In this document: positions 41,000 to 57,102 of the stretch, one piece after another | Position numbering within the stretch: position 1 is the first letter of the stretch | Layout: each line of letters opens with the position of its first letter | Source of the DNA: the human T2T-CHM13v2.0 reference genome, Homo sapiens | Assembly (NCBI RefSeq): GCF_009914755.1 | Contig: NC_060928.1 | Strand: one strand, 5' to 3' | DNA length: 64,000 nt | Notes under the pieces: generated by a model | What the model was told of the DNA's origin: nothing | The model's input: only the letters and a program-made list of their open reading frames with translations | Database searches by the model: none | Made by a program: the position numbers and the translations under genes

Positions 41000-43250
41000 A
41001 AGACTCCTAAGACTCTGTTCTGAATATCATTCCATTTTTCCCTAATACATTTTTAGTCTTTAATGTACTTTTCCTGGGTAATGGTACTTCACCTACTACT
41101 TATATGCTAATAAGTTCAGTCATCTCAGTCTGAGCTCTGAAATATCTAATTGCTACTGTGTAGTTCCACTTATCTGTCAAACATAACTGTAAATTAATTG
41201 TGTAAAGCTGAATTCATCTTTGTTTCCTTCTCATAGCCCTTTCCTCCTTTTTCCTCTTTAAGCCCCAGCCTTTTCTACTACTTCGTTCCCTACCTTGTGA
41301 GTGGTATCTGTAGTCACCTAAGCCATGAAACTAAGAACCATATCAAGTTCTTTCCTGTTACTCACCCTTTAAACCCAGGTTATCAAGTCCCTGCCTTCTG
41401 AGTGGCCCCTACATGTTAGATCTTTCTAACATCTATATCCTCTCTGCCTTAAAACAGACCCTTCTGTCCTCTATATTTGTAGTTCTACCCTCCTGATACG
41501 CCCTTTTGAACTTGTGTCTCCCTAATCTGAAAACCAAAAGGAAAGCAACATGAAACCTTATGTAGACTCCAACATCTCCCTCTAGCTGTTACCCTGACTA
41601 CCATGTCTCCCTCCAGCTATTAACCCTATCTCCTATCTTTTCTCTTAAATATGTTTCTTAGGAATTGTCTCGTCTTGCCTAGTCTTGATGTCTTCTTGAG
41701 AAGTGTTTCCTCACTTCTCACTCAGTCTTCAAAGTAACCTAATGTTCACCTTTCCTGCTGCTGCTCTCCTCTGCATATTCATTTTCTTCTCAGTCATGAC
41801 ATTTTGGAGTCCTTCAAAACTTCTGTTAGACTCTTCTCACACTATACTCTCCTTAAAGAGTGACATGCATATAGCTGCTAACCTAGGGGTTGTCTTTGAC
41901 ACTGTTCCCCATCATCCCATGTTTCCAGTCCATCCTCAAGACCAGATGATGTCTTTTTTATCTCTTAAATAACTTTTCAGTCCACCCACTTCTCTCGCTG
42001 CTGCCACATTAATCCAGGCTGTCGTCATTTGTTGCCTAGATTTCCAATAATTCTGTGTGTATTCCTCGTTCACCATTCTCTGACACTACTTTGTTTTCCT
42101 TCATGGCGCTTACCACTCCATGACTTTGTAGACTCCGAGCATTTGTTTGTCTGTTGACTGTTCTCCCTTAATAGAGTATAAATTTCATGTGGTCAGAGAC
42201 TTTGTTTGTTCCTGTATCTCCAGTGTACCAGCGGTGCTTGCCACATAGTAGGTGCTCAATAAATATTTGTCGACTGAGTGAATAGACTATCAAGTGGGTC
42301 TACCCACATATATTCCTGACCTTTTCCAATTTATCCTGCACCCTGGAATCGAAGTGATCTTAAATGCACATCTGATACTCTGGTTTCTCTTCAGAGTCAA
42401 TAGATCTTTTGCCTTTTAAATGCAAATCTGTGACACAAATACAACATAAATTCTGAAGTGGCTTACCAAACTTGTAGGATAAAGACTGAAATCTTAATGG
42501 AGCTTTCAAGGCTCTGTGTTTATCTTTTCCTTGCCTACCTCTTCTTTCTCCTTTTATTTTTTTATTTTTGCTTCATGTGTGTCACACTTTTCCTTGAATC
42601 TATTTCTTTCCTTTTTACTTAGATGACTCCTATTCACTCATCTTGTAGATGCCAGCTTAAGAATTCTTTCCTACAGAAGTCTTCCAAAACCATCTCCTAC
42701 CCTCCAGAGGGTAAGTCTGCACATCATCATGGAACCATCTGCTTTTCTTCTGTGCATGTTCTTAGTTTATAGTCATACTGATATAGTGTGATTATTTGGT
42801 TAATGCTTGTCTGCTGCTCTCAATAAAAAGGAAGGAGTTTATGCCTGTTTTTCCATACCACTGAATGAATACCCAGCTCTCAGTTAAGTGCCTAGTACAT
42901 ATTACATGTTCAGTAAATACTTGTTGGCAGAATTAATGAATACAGTATCTTGAATATGTCAGGTTCTTTTCACTCCCCCTTGCCTTTGGTACCTGCCGCT
43001 CCCTGAAACATCTCTTTTATCTGCTTGGAGGCCTGGCTCATTCCTCGGCCTCAGGCTGATTTTTGATGACACCTCATCTGAACATATCCCCTCTCACAGC
43101 ATAGTAGTTGTTAATTTACCTGTGTGTCTACCCTGTTAGATTATAAGCCTTTTGGATACATGGGTTTAAAATATTTCAAATGTATAGCTATGCGTGTTAC
43201 TGTATTACATAGCTATGCCTGGCTATGCCTGTCACTCAGTAACTTACAGA
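41000..43250 (+). mobile_element. Cluster of fragmented L2 elements
   Basis: Pyrimidine-rich L2 body with 3' ends such as cacatagtaggtgctcaataaatatttgtcgactgagtgaat (about 42240-42283); boundaries approximate. Confidence 0.6.
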
Positions 43251-43598
43251 AATAAAAAATTGGAAGATTCAGTGGCATAGATACATAAGTGGCAACAGTT
43301 TCCAAAAGAAGAGGGTTGTCAGTGATTTCAGATGCTGCACACAAATTGCAGAGGACAAATAGCAAAGAACTAAAAGACCTCTAAGGTCCCTTCTCATTAT
43401 TAGTTTCCTTTAAATCAGGCTCTTAAAAGGCAATAACTGTTTTTTAAACCCTTGCATTATGTCTTTGACATGTTTGGAGGGAAGAATTTGTCTCCTCTCT
43501 GCCAAGGCATAAAATTAAGTTTTTGAACATATTCTTCGTAAACGTGTCTTTATTAGGAAGAAGCTTATTAAACAGTAAATATGATTATTATTACTACC

Positions 43599-44074
43599 TG
43601 TATTAGTCAGGGTTCTCCAGAGAAATGGAACCAGTAGGAGATATCTGTATTTCTATGTTTACATGTAGGTAGATATATATAAACAGATATAAAATGAGAA
43701 CTGTCATAAGGAATTGCCTCATATGATTATGGAGATTAAGTCCCACAATCTGTTATTTGCAAGCTGGAGACCCAGGAAAGCTGGTCGTGTAAGTCTCAGT
43801 TCATGGGCGGAAGACCAGTGTCTCAGCTCAAGCAGTCAAGTAGAGAGAATTCAATTCAACCTTCCTTCAGCTTTTTTGTTCTGGTCAGGCCCTGAATGGA
43901 TTAAATGATGGCAACCCACCCACCTTGGAAAGGGCAATTTGCTTTACTCAGTCCACCAATTCAAATGCGAGTCTGTTCTCTAACACCCTTGCAGATGCAC
44001 CAGATATAATGTTTAGCCAGATATCTGGGCATCTGGTGACCCACTCATGTTAACGTATAAAATTAACCGTCACA
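43599..44074 (-). mobile_element. MLT2B-like ERVL LTR
   Basis: tgtattagtcagggttctccagaga...aaaattaaccgtcaca. Confidence 0.82.
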
Positions 44075-44752
44075 TCACCTTATGTCACTGCTATCCCTAC
44101 CTGGAAAAATGTGTTGATTTTATCCCTTAAGATTTGAGTGGTTAAATCTCTATTGAAATATTTGATACTAATTGGAAAACAATGTTTCCATCATCTTTGT
44201 AATACTTTTTGCCAGGCATTAGATTTATAATCTTTCCAGTCTTCTGAAAAAAAAAATAGCATTCTTGGGAAGCTTTTAATTTTTAATAGACTTTGGAACA
44301 ATTTACCATGATTCTTCATCATTTATTTATAGTGTCAAGCAAAACATACAGGGAAAGACTTTCTTATTTTATTCTGACAGATATAAAGAGGAATATGAAG
44401 AAAAGGTACAATATCAATGTAGAATTTGTGATAATTTTTCAGTTACCTTTTACTTAAGTCACTTTGATATGAGTATTTGCCTGCTATGCAAAACAAAGTG
44501 AGAAGCATAAAATACTGCATTTTAAGCCTATTCTTAACAAGACTGGTTTTATCTTTAATAAAAGTATCTTGAAATCTACCTTGAGAACATCGATAAGTGA
44601 ATATGTATGCAAGTATCTCCACTTTTGTACCACGTTAGTTTCAAATTCTTCCAAATTTCTGTATATGCCTCCATCGTTCAGAGTATTATTCTCCAGGAAC
44701 CAGTCATAGCCTTTCTTTTCTACCCCTCTGATGTCCTTTATGTGTTTGAATC

Positions 44753-45156
44753 TGTCTTAGGGTGTGTCGACATAAAGGAATATCTGAGACTGGGTAATTT
44801 ATAAAAGAAAAAAAAAAGCTTACTTGGCTCACAATTTTGATGTCTGGAAAAGTTCAAGATTGGGCATCTGCATCTGGTAAGGTGCAGACTGCTTCCACTA
44901 GTGGCAAAAGGTGAAGGGAAGCCACTGTGTGCAGAAATCACACGGCAAAAGAGGAAGCAAGGAGGGAGTGCCAGGCTCTTTTTAACAACCTGCTTTCATG
45001 GGAACTCACTCATAACCATGAGGATGAGGTTGGTACCAAGCCATTCATGAGGGATCCACCACTGTTACCTAAACACTTCCTATTAGGCCCCACCCCTAAC
45101 AATGGAGATCAAATTTCAACATGAGATTGTTAGGGGACAAACATCCAAGCTATAAC
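44753..45156 (-). mobile_element. MST-type MaLR LTR
   Basis: ataaaggaatatctgagactgggtaatttataaa...ggggacaaacatccaagctataaca; approximate 5-bp TSD GAATC/CAATC. Confidence 0.82.
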
Positions 45157-48100
45157 ACAATCCACTTTCACATCTTCAGTAGTAGTAGAGTGGATACGCA
45201 GAAGCCTACTTTACTTCATTTAGAGACAGCTCACAGGACCATAAGAATTACATGTAAATGAATGTCCATGGATGACTTGGAGGAACTCTAGACTGTTAAG
45301 AGGAAAAAGTACACTTCTATTTTCTTTAAATCATTGTTTTTGGAGCCTCTTTCAGCTCCTCAACTTTCACCCTAATTAACACACCTGAATATACATGTTC
45401 TTGAATAGAATAGTGGGTTGCTGCCCAAATTACTTATCGCCTTCCTTTTTCCTCCAGGGCATGTGACTGGATTCATGAACGTTAAATGCACATATTATGT
45501 GCCCGTAATCATTTTCTTCACAGCTCAACTTTATGTGATACTGCTCTATTGCTAGAGAATTCTTCCAGCTTCTCACATCACTTTGTCCTTTATCGTTTCA
45601 CTGCTGGCATTTAAGTCTTATGTCTTGGATTTACCGCATTTATTTTTCTCTTGTACTTTCACTCTTGATACTGCTGCTTTCATATTACATCCCCATTGGG
45701 ATTCTGACACTTCTCCCATCATCTCTTGTTTTCCAGTCCGTCTCCCAAACCAGATGATTTTTATCTTGTAAATATTTCTTTAATCCTTCCACTTCTCTCA
45801 CTGACACCACCCTAGTCCATCTTATTCTTGCTTAGCCTCAAATTTGATTGCATACGTTATTCATACGTTCATTCTATACGTTTATCCCCGCTCACTGTTT
45901 AGGACTTGTATCATTCTTGGCACTTGCAGGAGCAGCTTCTTATATGAACCAAGGTTTACTTCTGGTTCAAGTCATTCATTTCTATTCCTGTGCAGTATTG
46001 TATTATATGAATAGGCCATAATTACTTCACCCTTCTGTTGATGGGCATTTAGATCATTTCCAACTTCTTTTTTTTTCTTTTTCTTTTACAAACTACCTCA
46101 ATTTGTGCAAGGAGATAAATGTCTCTTTGTACACATGTGCAGAAGATTCTTTAGGTGGATATACCTAGGAGTAGAATTGCTCAGTCATAGCTTATGTACC
46201 TCTTCAAATTTACTAGAAAAATAAAACTTCTTCAGAGTAATTATACTACTTTAAACTTTTACCAATAATGAATTTTCATTGTTCCATTTCCTAACTCTTG
46301 GTATTGTCAGATATTTTTTCAATCTGTTGATGTGAAATGCAATCTAATATTTTGTCAAAACTTTATTGTATAATATTCCTATATACCAGCAACAAATACT
46401 GCATATTATAAAATTACCTTTTAAGATAGCAATGAAAAAATATAAGAGACTAGTAATCAATAATAGATGTGTAAGACTAGAACAACGTTTTTAAAGATGC
46501 CATCTAAATAAATGCAGGGCAATACCATTTTCATGGGTAAAAAGACTCACTGTGCTTAAGATGTCCTCTGCCTATTTACTTGAAATTTAGTGCATTTGTA
46601 GTTAAAATCCTAATAGGAATTTTGTGGAACTTAAGCTGATTCCAGCAATTTTAATGGAAGAGCAAAGAGCCATAAAGAGCCCACAAATTTTGAAGAAGGA
46701 AACTTGTCCTATCAGATTATAGACTCTAATAATTAAAACCCTGTTGTATTGCCACAGCATAAACTAGTGGGTGAACGGGCTGGAATATAATACCCAGGCT
46801 TTCTTAGTCAACTTGAAGGTGAAGCTCAGTAATGTTTATTTTTAAAAGGCAATTGTTTCATGCCACAGGATGAGAATAACTGCTTTTCTAAAACAGAGTT
46901 GTCAAGACTAAATACCTATATTGGAGGGTTTCTAAATGTAAAATGCCTAGTTCAGGGGCTCATAACCATTTTTTTTCTTTTGTACATCAACTCCCAAAGG
47001 TGTGCAGTAGTCTCCTGTCAGTAATAATGCAGTGTTATATTGATTTTTGCCCAAAGATGGGTGAAGGAGACCTCCTTAGATTTACTCTTGCCATTTTCTG
47101 TTGTTGTTTCCTATGGTACCTCCAACATTCACACCTCCAAAAATCTCTGGTCTGTATAAACTTGGAGTTTTCTTACAGAGTTGTTTTGTTGTCATTATAA
47201 ATGAAATTAATTTGAGATTCAGTAGGTTTAGTCAGAAGTTACAAATATGAAAGCGGAGAATACTGTTTTTTAGCTTCCTTATTTTTAAGCAATTATGTTT
47301 GCATAATAGAATCTTAGATTGTTCTGTACCAATTTACACTATAATTTTATTTAGCAAATGTAGGAAGCTTTGTACAACATGACCTACTTATAGGCTAACA
47401 ATAGGTCTAAAAAAGTAGGGTGGCTATTCTCCTTTATTTTTAGATTCTTAAGCAGTTACTATTGAAAATAGTAGATCAGATTTTCTTTTAACTTTAAATG
47501 TCACCAGATTTATATACTCCTAATTTTTAGTGAAAATCTTTTTATGAATAATAGTTAATTAATAAAATAATGTTTTATGCATAATACAATTAAACTTATT
47601 TTTTTCTTATAAGAATGCTCTAAAAGCATATAATGTGAACAGTGTTATATATAAAATTAGCGCACTTTTAGATTCCAGGCTACACATATTATCAGAACAT
47701 GTATAGCAGTGTTTTCAGCTACAGAACTGTGATGGATTGAACATGGAGGGGGAAGAATTAAGGAAGATCTAAAAGATATTTATCTACACTTGACCTTGGA
47801 TATATGTTGAAAAGAGCTTACTTTTTGGAGTTTAGATACTTTACGTAATTTTTTGTACTAAGTCCTCAAAATCCAATGCATGTTTGACACATAATAGCCT
47901 TTAAAATTCAGACTAGCCACATTTCAGTTGCTCAATAGCCCCTTGTGGCTAATGGTTATCATTACTGGACAGTGCAGATCTATCCAATAGGATAACAATA
48001 GTTCATAGGATGATTCTGGGAAGCAAATGAATATAAAATACATATTTTAAAAATAAGCTTCGTTCCTGACCCATTGTAGGTCCTCAGTAAATGCAAGCCT

Positions 48101-48566
48101 CTCTTTGCTCTCCATTATATTAATAGCTTGTTATGTTTTGGGTTTTGTAGCATATGTAGTTGGAAACTTCAAGTCAATAAAATATTGACCTTTTTTTCAA
48201 ATTGAAGAAAATAAAATGTTCTTATTATTCTCTAAACTAACAGTAATTGAGAGTCAGCTTTTGTAATAGATATTGCTGCTTTTGCTCATTTTGCTTCCTA
48301 TCTTTCCTTCTAAGACTCAATTTTCACCTAAGATTATTAGAAATGTACGTTAATAGTTGGCACCAAATTTCTGGTTTTAAACTGTGATCCAGTTTCCTTT
48401 TGTCTCATTTTTTTAATGATGCTGCCCTATATACGTCTAAAACTTCATTCTTGAAAATATTCTCAACCAGCACCTATATAATAATGAAATATTACTACAC
48501 AGTACTTGGGGGACTTGAATGATGAGTTATGTGATTTTTCCTGTGGCTACTTTTGCTGTCCCATTA

Positions 48567-48915
<349 letters not shown>

Positions 48916-50149
48916 TCATGTCCCAGGCTCTCACCTTCAACCTCTTGGGTCAGGTGAGAAAACCAAGGTAAATTTAATAATTTAAAATGGGAAATGTAAC
49001 TGTCAAGGAACTATATAGTACTTGTGTCTAGGTAAAGACATTATTTTACTATAAGCATAGAATAACAGGGTGGGAGGTGCTTAGTGAATGTAGATTCAGA
49101 ACAAAGAAAGTTAATTATACAATTCAAATAACCCATCACCTTGGAACACTACCATCCACTGGGACCAGATAGCCCAGTTCCTTGAACCAGGGGACTTTTC
49201 TACAGAGTTTGGCTGAACTCTACCAACATTTCTTTCTCTATTTTGTATTCTTCTGTTTCTTCATTTTACACATCTTTTTAAAAATATGATTAACTTCCTT
49301 CTCTTTCTTTTAAATCTTACAGGAGCCCTTCTGTTTCCTTAAGTTAACTTAGCATGTGAAGGTAACTGATCCATGATGTATTGTTTGTAGCTTTAATTTC
49401 TGTTTTCTCTGTTTCCAGCTTACTGGGAGATAACTCACTCTTCCTGTGTCCCCAAGGAAGAGACTATACTTCCATTTCTCGATATTACTTAGAAGTAAAA
49501 TCCCTAGAAACAATAGGCATATGTATGTATTGGTAGTAACATGAAGTGTATGTATGGGAGGGGAAAAATTGCTGACATTGCATCTTTGTCTACAGACAAC
49601 CTTATTGGGATAGCAAAAGCAAGCAACATAAATTTCCTGGGTGTGAAGAAAAGAAGAAAAGAAAAGTACTTTTACTGATCTGAGATTGAGAAGTAGCTCC
49701 AGGGTTAAATATAGGAATACTTTTAAGGAGTTTTTGGGCTGATGTTTATGTTAACGTTGTAGTTTCGAATTTGAATAGAGGAGTCTCACCCAGACTCTTT
49801 GTATGAATGTCAAGCTCAAGGCATCTAAAAACACAAACCTGCTTCTTTCCCAGGCTTCCTCATCTTGGTAAATGACAAATCCATCCTAATTGTTCAGGCC
49901 TCAGAGTTAGGAGATAGCCTTGATTTTTCCTTTTTACACACATCCTTATATCTAATACATTAGCAAATTCTGTCAGCCCTGTCTTCAGAATTACTTCTCA
50001 TTACTCCCACTATTGTTACTGTGATTCAAGCCACCATCATTTCTTCGCTCTACTATTATAATAGCTTTCTAATTGACCTCTTAAAACATATGTCAGCGTG
50101 TCTTTTAAGGATCTTCCAGTGAAGTTGTTACAGCTAATAGATTCTTAAG

Positions 50150-51020
50150 GAATGATAGAATTTAAAAATCATTGTTTTTGTACTCTGTAGTGAAATAATG
50201 GAACTGAGTACTGATTATCAATGGATGTTAAAAACCATTTGGTAAAAGCTTGATGTGAAATATTATGATGGGTGGATTAGGCTGACATAAATATCCTAAC
50301 TTACAGATCATCAGTAAAAGTGAGGCAGGCAAAAATAAAGTTCCTTATGATTTGATTCAATAGCAAGTACCATTAGTGAAGCATTCTTGCCTAAAAAAAT
50401 TAAACTCAATATAATCAAGCTTTTAAATCAAATTACTAAAATGCAGGAAATACAGGGGATAGAAGAAAAAGTTAAATAATACCAAGAGGAAAAATATCAG
50501 GTAAATCCAGAAAGTGAGAAATTTTGTAGGACAAGTGACACAATTTGTCTAACAAATCAGTGGCATGAAAACAGACACTGGTGCTGGGAAGGGGGCTGAT
50601 ATGGACTAAAAGAGGTGCAAGAGGCCTAACAAGCAAACATACTCTGTGGGGCTTTTGTTTGATTCTGATTTGAACAAATCATATGTGAAATATGGGGAAA
50701 TAGAAATATAGATTGGACTACACATTAGATAATATTAAAGAAATTATTTTAAATTTTGTTGGTATGTTAGCTTTTTAAAAAAAACAGTTCTTAATACTTT
50801 AATTAAAGATGCAAATTGAGGTAAGGGTAAGATAACATGTCTGAGATTTGCTGTAAAATACCAACAAAAAATAAAACAAAAAGGAGTATAGTATAAATGA
50901 AACATGATCAGGAAGTAGTAACTTTTTAAGTGCGGTAATGGGTACAGGGGGGCTTATCAATCTCTTCTCTCTGCTTTTGTGCATATTTGAAAAGGTTCAT
51001 GATAAAAGTTTTAAAAAACA
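50150..51020 (+). mobile_element. Old L1MC/ME 3' fragment
   Basis: Characteristic 3' UTR ending gggtacaggggggcttatc...ctgcttttgtgcatatttgaaaaggttcatgataaaag. Confidence 0.65.
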
Positions 51021-51367
51021 GAGTGAATGCTAAAGACAAAAATCTCTTCTGTGAGTTCTTATCTAATTAATATTAAAATCTAAAACTCTTCCCATGGTCT
51101 ATAAAGGCCTGTGATCTGACCCTGGCTATCTCTCAGACCTTATCTCCCTTCCTTCTTCATTCCAGCCATTCTGACCCTCTCGCTTTCTTAGAATGTGCCA
51201 AGTAGAGTTTTGCCTCAGAGCGTTTGCTTTTGCTTTTCCTCTGTTTAGAATTCTTTTCCTCCAGATATCTGTCTAGCTGGCTTCCTCATTTCCTTGGGGT
51301 CTTTGTTCTGCCTTTGCTTTAACCGAGAAGTCTGCCTTGACCACCCTACATAAAATAACCTCCTGTT

Positions 51368-52235
<868 letters not shown>

Positions 52236-54356
52236 AGGTACTTTTCTTTCATGGCAATTACTATCATCTGATGCATTTATCTATGTGTTTATTATCATTC
52301 ATTCACAAATTGTTAGCTCCAAGGTGGCAGGACCTTTATCTGTTTGTTGACAGTTGTATTGCCAGCATCTAGAACAGTGCCAGGCACTTTAGAAGCACTT
52401 GATAAATATTTATGAAATAAAAGTGTAAAACTTGACTTAAGGTTTAATAGTTGAGTACTTCCATTCCTTTCCCCAGTTGTTCCGCTTACCCTTCACTTAC
52501 ATTCTCATCCTTACCTAGGAGCAAGTAGTGAAGGATTGATTGCCAAGAGCCTCATTGAGAACAAAACTGAAGGAAAGAACAGAAAATGCAGGATAGTTTA
52601 TTATAGGAAACATTGTAAAAGGTGTATTCCAAATTTGCTAGGCTTTTAAGCATCCAATAATATGGAAAGATTTGAGTTTTCATTTTTCATTTCTTAATAG
52701 CTCTCCGAAATCTGAAATGGTCCTTTCAAACCATTAGGACGTTGGCTTTCTAATTATTTTTAAAACATATATATTACATAGAATATAGAAAAGTATGTGA
52801 AAAGTTATGGTTTTATATGGCTGGAAGTTGGCAAAATGTCAGTGACTGAATTTAATACATCACATGTCTGAGGGTCCTATTCAGTCATCAATAATGTTTG
52901 AACAAGTAAACATAATTCAAGCATACTTGAATAAGTAACTTAATTCATGGAATATATACATGTTATGTTTCTTGGTATTTTCAGATAAGTCACAGGATAA
53001 AGCTCCCCTGATAAAAATGTTGACCCTGAGTTTGCCAAATCGAGTATTTACTTTATCAGTATAATCTTAGCTTTTATTGTGGTAGGAGTCAAGATATGCA
53101 TTTTGTGAACAAAGTCTCAATCTAATCCATTTTAAAAGGAAAGCTTGAATTTTTTCCCAAATATATTTTGCTTTTCTCTCAAATATATTTTGCTTTTCTC
53201 TTTATCTTGTTTTATTTATTGCTATTCTTAATTTACTCCCTTGTCATATCACTTATATTCATGTTTATTAATCAGGACTTTGTGGGGGACAGAAGCCCAA
53301 TTAAAACTATCTTAGGCAAAGGGTAGAATTTGTAATAGGGATGTTAGGTTTCTCAACTAATAACCAAACCATGAGCAGGGTGGAATGCATCTGGTTCTTA
53401 GGGATGATTTTGATGCTGTCAGAGCACTCTTTCAGTTTATTTCATTCCTCTCATTGCGCATTGTCAGAAAGCATAATCCCCAGCAACTCTCTAGAGCTCT
53501 CAGAAGGATATTGTCTCTCCCTGCTCAGTTTCTGTGTAACCCTGAACCAGTCAAATGAGGTGTGAGGGATTGACTGATTCTAGCTTAGTCAGATACTCAG
53601 GGATTCAGAGTCATGTGAGGACGTGAGTGTCCTCACTATAGCTGGCTGTGAATAGAGGGGACAGAAAAGGGAGATATTTACAACAGATAACACTTTTGCC
53701 TACTACTAAAGTTAGTTTGTATTATCTATGTATAATTAGACTAGAACATGGTGTTCTGCCATCTAATACAAATGTAGTGTAACAGTTACCTTGGTTTCGA
53801 CAATGTTCTACTTAGCTTTGGGCTTTGCCACAGCAGTGAAGTCATACTGATGGCTCCTATTGATAGTATTACTGGGCTTTATTTCTAATTATTCAGCTGT
53901 ACCACTCACTAACCTGGAGGAGGAAACAGATTAATCAGAGACAGATTCTCCATTCAGGGAAGATAGTGATGGTTGCAGGGAGAGAAGCATATAGCACTGT
54001 AAGCAGGAATCCTAATGCCAGAACCCAGTGCTACTACTGAAGGTTCAACTCATTTCTGTATTTGTTTGAGAAATAAAGGAGAGAGAAGAGTGGAGGCACT
54101 AGATAGAGGATTAAGGGTATTGCATTTATGTTGGATATAGTCCATGAAATCTGTGGAATTGTAATACCAAATTCTTTGCTTTTTACCAATGATCTTAGTG
54201 GACAATAACACAGATTTGCATCTATCAGCAGATAAAGATTATAGCAGGAAAAATAGTTCCCATAATTTCATTGCTATTTTTTTCCTTCAGTCATGATATG
54301 GCATTCTCTTTCACTAAACCTTCATCCACACACATACACATAATACAAAGAATTCT

Positions 54357-54615
54357 GCACTTTGGGAGTCCCAGAATTACTTGAGCCCAAGAATTTGCGA
54401 CCAGGCTGGGTAACATTGAGACCTCGTCTCTACAAAAAAATAAGTGAAGCCAAGCATGGTGGTGCATGCCTGTATTACTAGCTACTGGGGAGGCTGAGGC
54501 AGGAGGATCACTTGAGCCAAGGAGTGCAAAGCTGCAATGAGTCAGGATTGCGCCACTGCACTCCAGCTTGGGTGACAGAGTAAGACCCTGTCTCCAAAAA
54601 AGAAAGAAAAGCAAA
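54357..54615 (+). mobile_element. 5'-truncated AluJ
   Basis: TSD AAAGAATTCTG. Confidence 0.9.
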
Positions 54616-55563
54616 AGAATTCTGACCTGTCCTAACCCCAGGATTCTCCTTGTTTCTTAAAAGTGTGCTTTCTGTCCATGAATCCTGATGATTTAAGAAC
54701 ACTTAGTACAAATTTGGATCCCCATTGTATGGCAGTGGAGTTCTCCATCAGTTTTGGCAGCTGTAACAGGAGCCACATTATGACTGAAAGTCCCGTAATC
54801 TCCTGGCACTTCCAGTTACAAAGGACTGTGAGTGGCCCTCTCCTGGGATGCCAGCTTGGATGCTGTAGTACTTAGAATGTAGACATATCTTTGGAGGATA
54901 TAATAAAGAAGATTCCTATTTGACTACATATAAGTTTAATAGGAGCAGGAAAGAATGATTAAAATAAAGTCAATATTTGGCCCTAGTTGGAAAAAATAAT
55001 GTAATGGATTGTTTGATTGACATGTATATGCATTGTTTTTCTCTTTTATTTGTGAGGGCATGGGAAGATAACAAAAGTCTTGAATAAAGACACGTGATTC
55101 CACCACCAAAGATAACTACTCTTAGCATATTGACATATATACTTTTAGATACTTAATGTTCTGTGTATTTTTAACAAAATTGAGAACATATTCTTTTTAT
55201 ATATTATTTAACACATCAGTATTTTTTAACGAGGTACTTTTCTTGATGTAGTAAAAATAATGAGATACATTTTAAAATGTATTCTACTCAATGTAGTAAA
55301 TATAGTAAATTAATTATTACAGATTTAGTAAGTGTTAGTGCCAATAGAAAGAAATATTGATTGACTAAACAAAGTCATAATGAAGTTTAAAAATCTGGAC
55401 TTTTTATAGTCTTAGGTAAATTTTGTTGTTCTTTTTTTATAAATATAACTATATGTTAGAGATTTTAAAGTTGCTCTTGAGGAAATAAATGTTTTTATGC
55501 TATATATTAATTCAATCTTAGAGTTAATTGTGTTTTTTAAAGTTATTCTGTTTTCCTTCCCAG

Positions 55564-55612
55564 ATCCAAGTATTTTAGAACATGCTCAAGAGGTGAGCAC
55601 TTAACAATAGAG
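55564..55612 (+). CDS. AP1AR: AP1AR coding exon 2: (G)SKYFRTCSRGEHLTIE
   Basis: Polypyrimidine tract ttttccttcccag|A; donor GAG|GTAAGT; 49 nt; completes the phase-2 codon from exon 1 and ends in phase 0. Confidence 0.93.
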
Positions 55613-57102
55613 GTAAGTAGTCCTTAATTTGATTGAATTAAAAATGCCTTCAGAAAGGCGGAAGGGGCTTTTTGTTGTAAAGAGGGAAAGATCTGGACCC
55701 AAATTTAGAATGGACTGTTTATATTTCAATATTATTCATGTTAGTGAAGATTGAAAGAGTTGGAGCAGTGAGGGAAGGAATGAGTAGGAAGAAGTTTGCA
55801 GAGGATTATGGTTCTGTTTTTCTAATAGCTTTTTCCCCCACCCTATAAGTCAGGGAGAAGGTACTCTTCTGTCAGTAATAGTGGCTCACTAGGGTATAAC
55901 GAGAGGTGGTTGGCCTGCCCCAGCAGGGGGGAGTCCAGAAACAAAGCAGGAAGTTGAGTTTAAGCAACTCCACAGCAGAATGACCGAGTCACTTTTTCTT
56001 TGAATGTAAAATATAATAATAGAAACTACCATTTATTCCTTACCTACTATAAACTAGCCACTCCACCATACAAATTAAGAATGTCATCACAACTCTCTTG
56101 TAAACAGGTGGTGGTCACCCTGTTTCATGGATGAAAAATCAGAGGCTTAGACAGGTGGAGAAATTGGGCTATATTACACAACCTATTAAGTGGCAAAACC
56201 TAAATTCTAGTCCAAACTGCCTGGCTTCAAAGCTGGAACACTGTACTTTATGGCCTTCTATATTAATAAGGAAATGTGTAAGGCAGGAATTAGATATTTT
56301 AAAATCACAAACTAATATAAAAAAAGATAAAGATAATAACTTTAACAGTTTTATTCTTTTTTCAGAGAGATTCCTTAATTTTCTAAACCTTTTGAATTCA
56401 TTGTTTTCTCTCAATCTTTAAGCCAAACAGTATTAACAATAAAACACCTTTTATTTCAGGTGGTTACTTATCAAGTTATTTATATTTAAAATAAAAACAC
56501 TTTAGTGATATAATAGTAATGACTTTTATTAGGTCACTGACATAATAGTGTTAAGCACATTATGATCAAACTGTTTACATTCCTATCTCTAGAAAGACAT
56601 TGTATTTGGGGATAGTAACTACCACTTAGTAGATTTTCAGTAAATAACTATATGAATGAATAGACGGATAAATATAAACGTGGGGAAATTCTTATTTGGT
56701 ATCTTTTAGTCCCCATTCCTTGAATAATTTTCCTTCTTACAACATTTGTTCTGTAGTCAAGTGAAGTGGAATATTCTGGTAGCATGGAATGAAATTACTT
56801 GTATGAAATATTCAATTCAGATGAAAGTTTTAGTTCTGATTTATGTAGAAAATTGCTATAATTCTCCTGTTTGATTTTCATTCATAGAAAGTCATAAATT
56901 AAAATAGTATATGCTTGTCTTGGCCATTTTGTAGGACTGTTAAATATATCAAATGAAATGATGTATTAAAGAGGCATTTGAATTAAATAGCTTACAAATA
57001 TAAAGGTATATTATTTTTAAGTGAAAAAAGTAACATAATTTCTTGTGAGATGTATACCTAAGACAAATATTCCTCTTAACGCTTACTTTTTTGTCCTTTC
57101 AG

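Noticed and set aside
57070-57102. U12-type branch point before exon 3 (TCCTCTTAAC)
   Set aside because: The upstream donor is GTAAGT (U2 type), not GTATCCTT.
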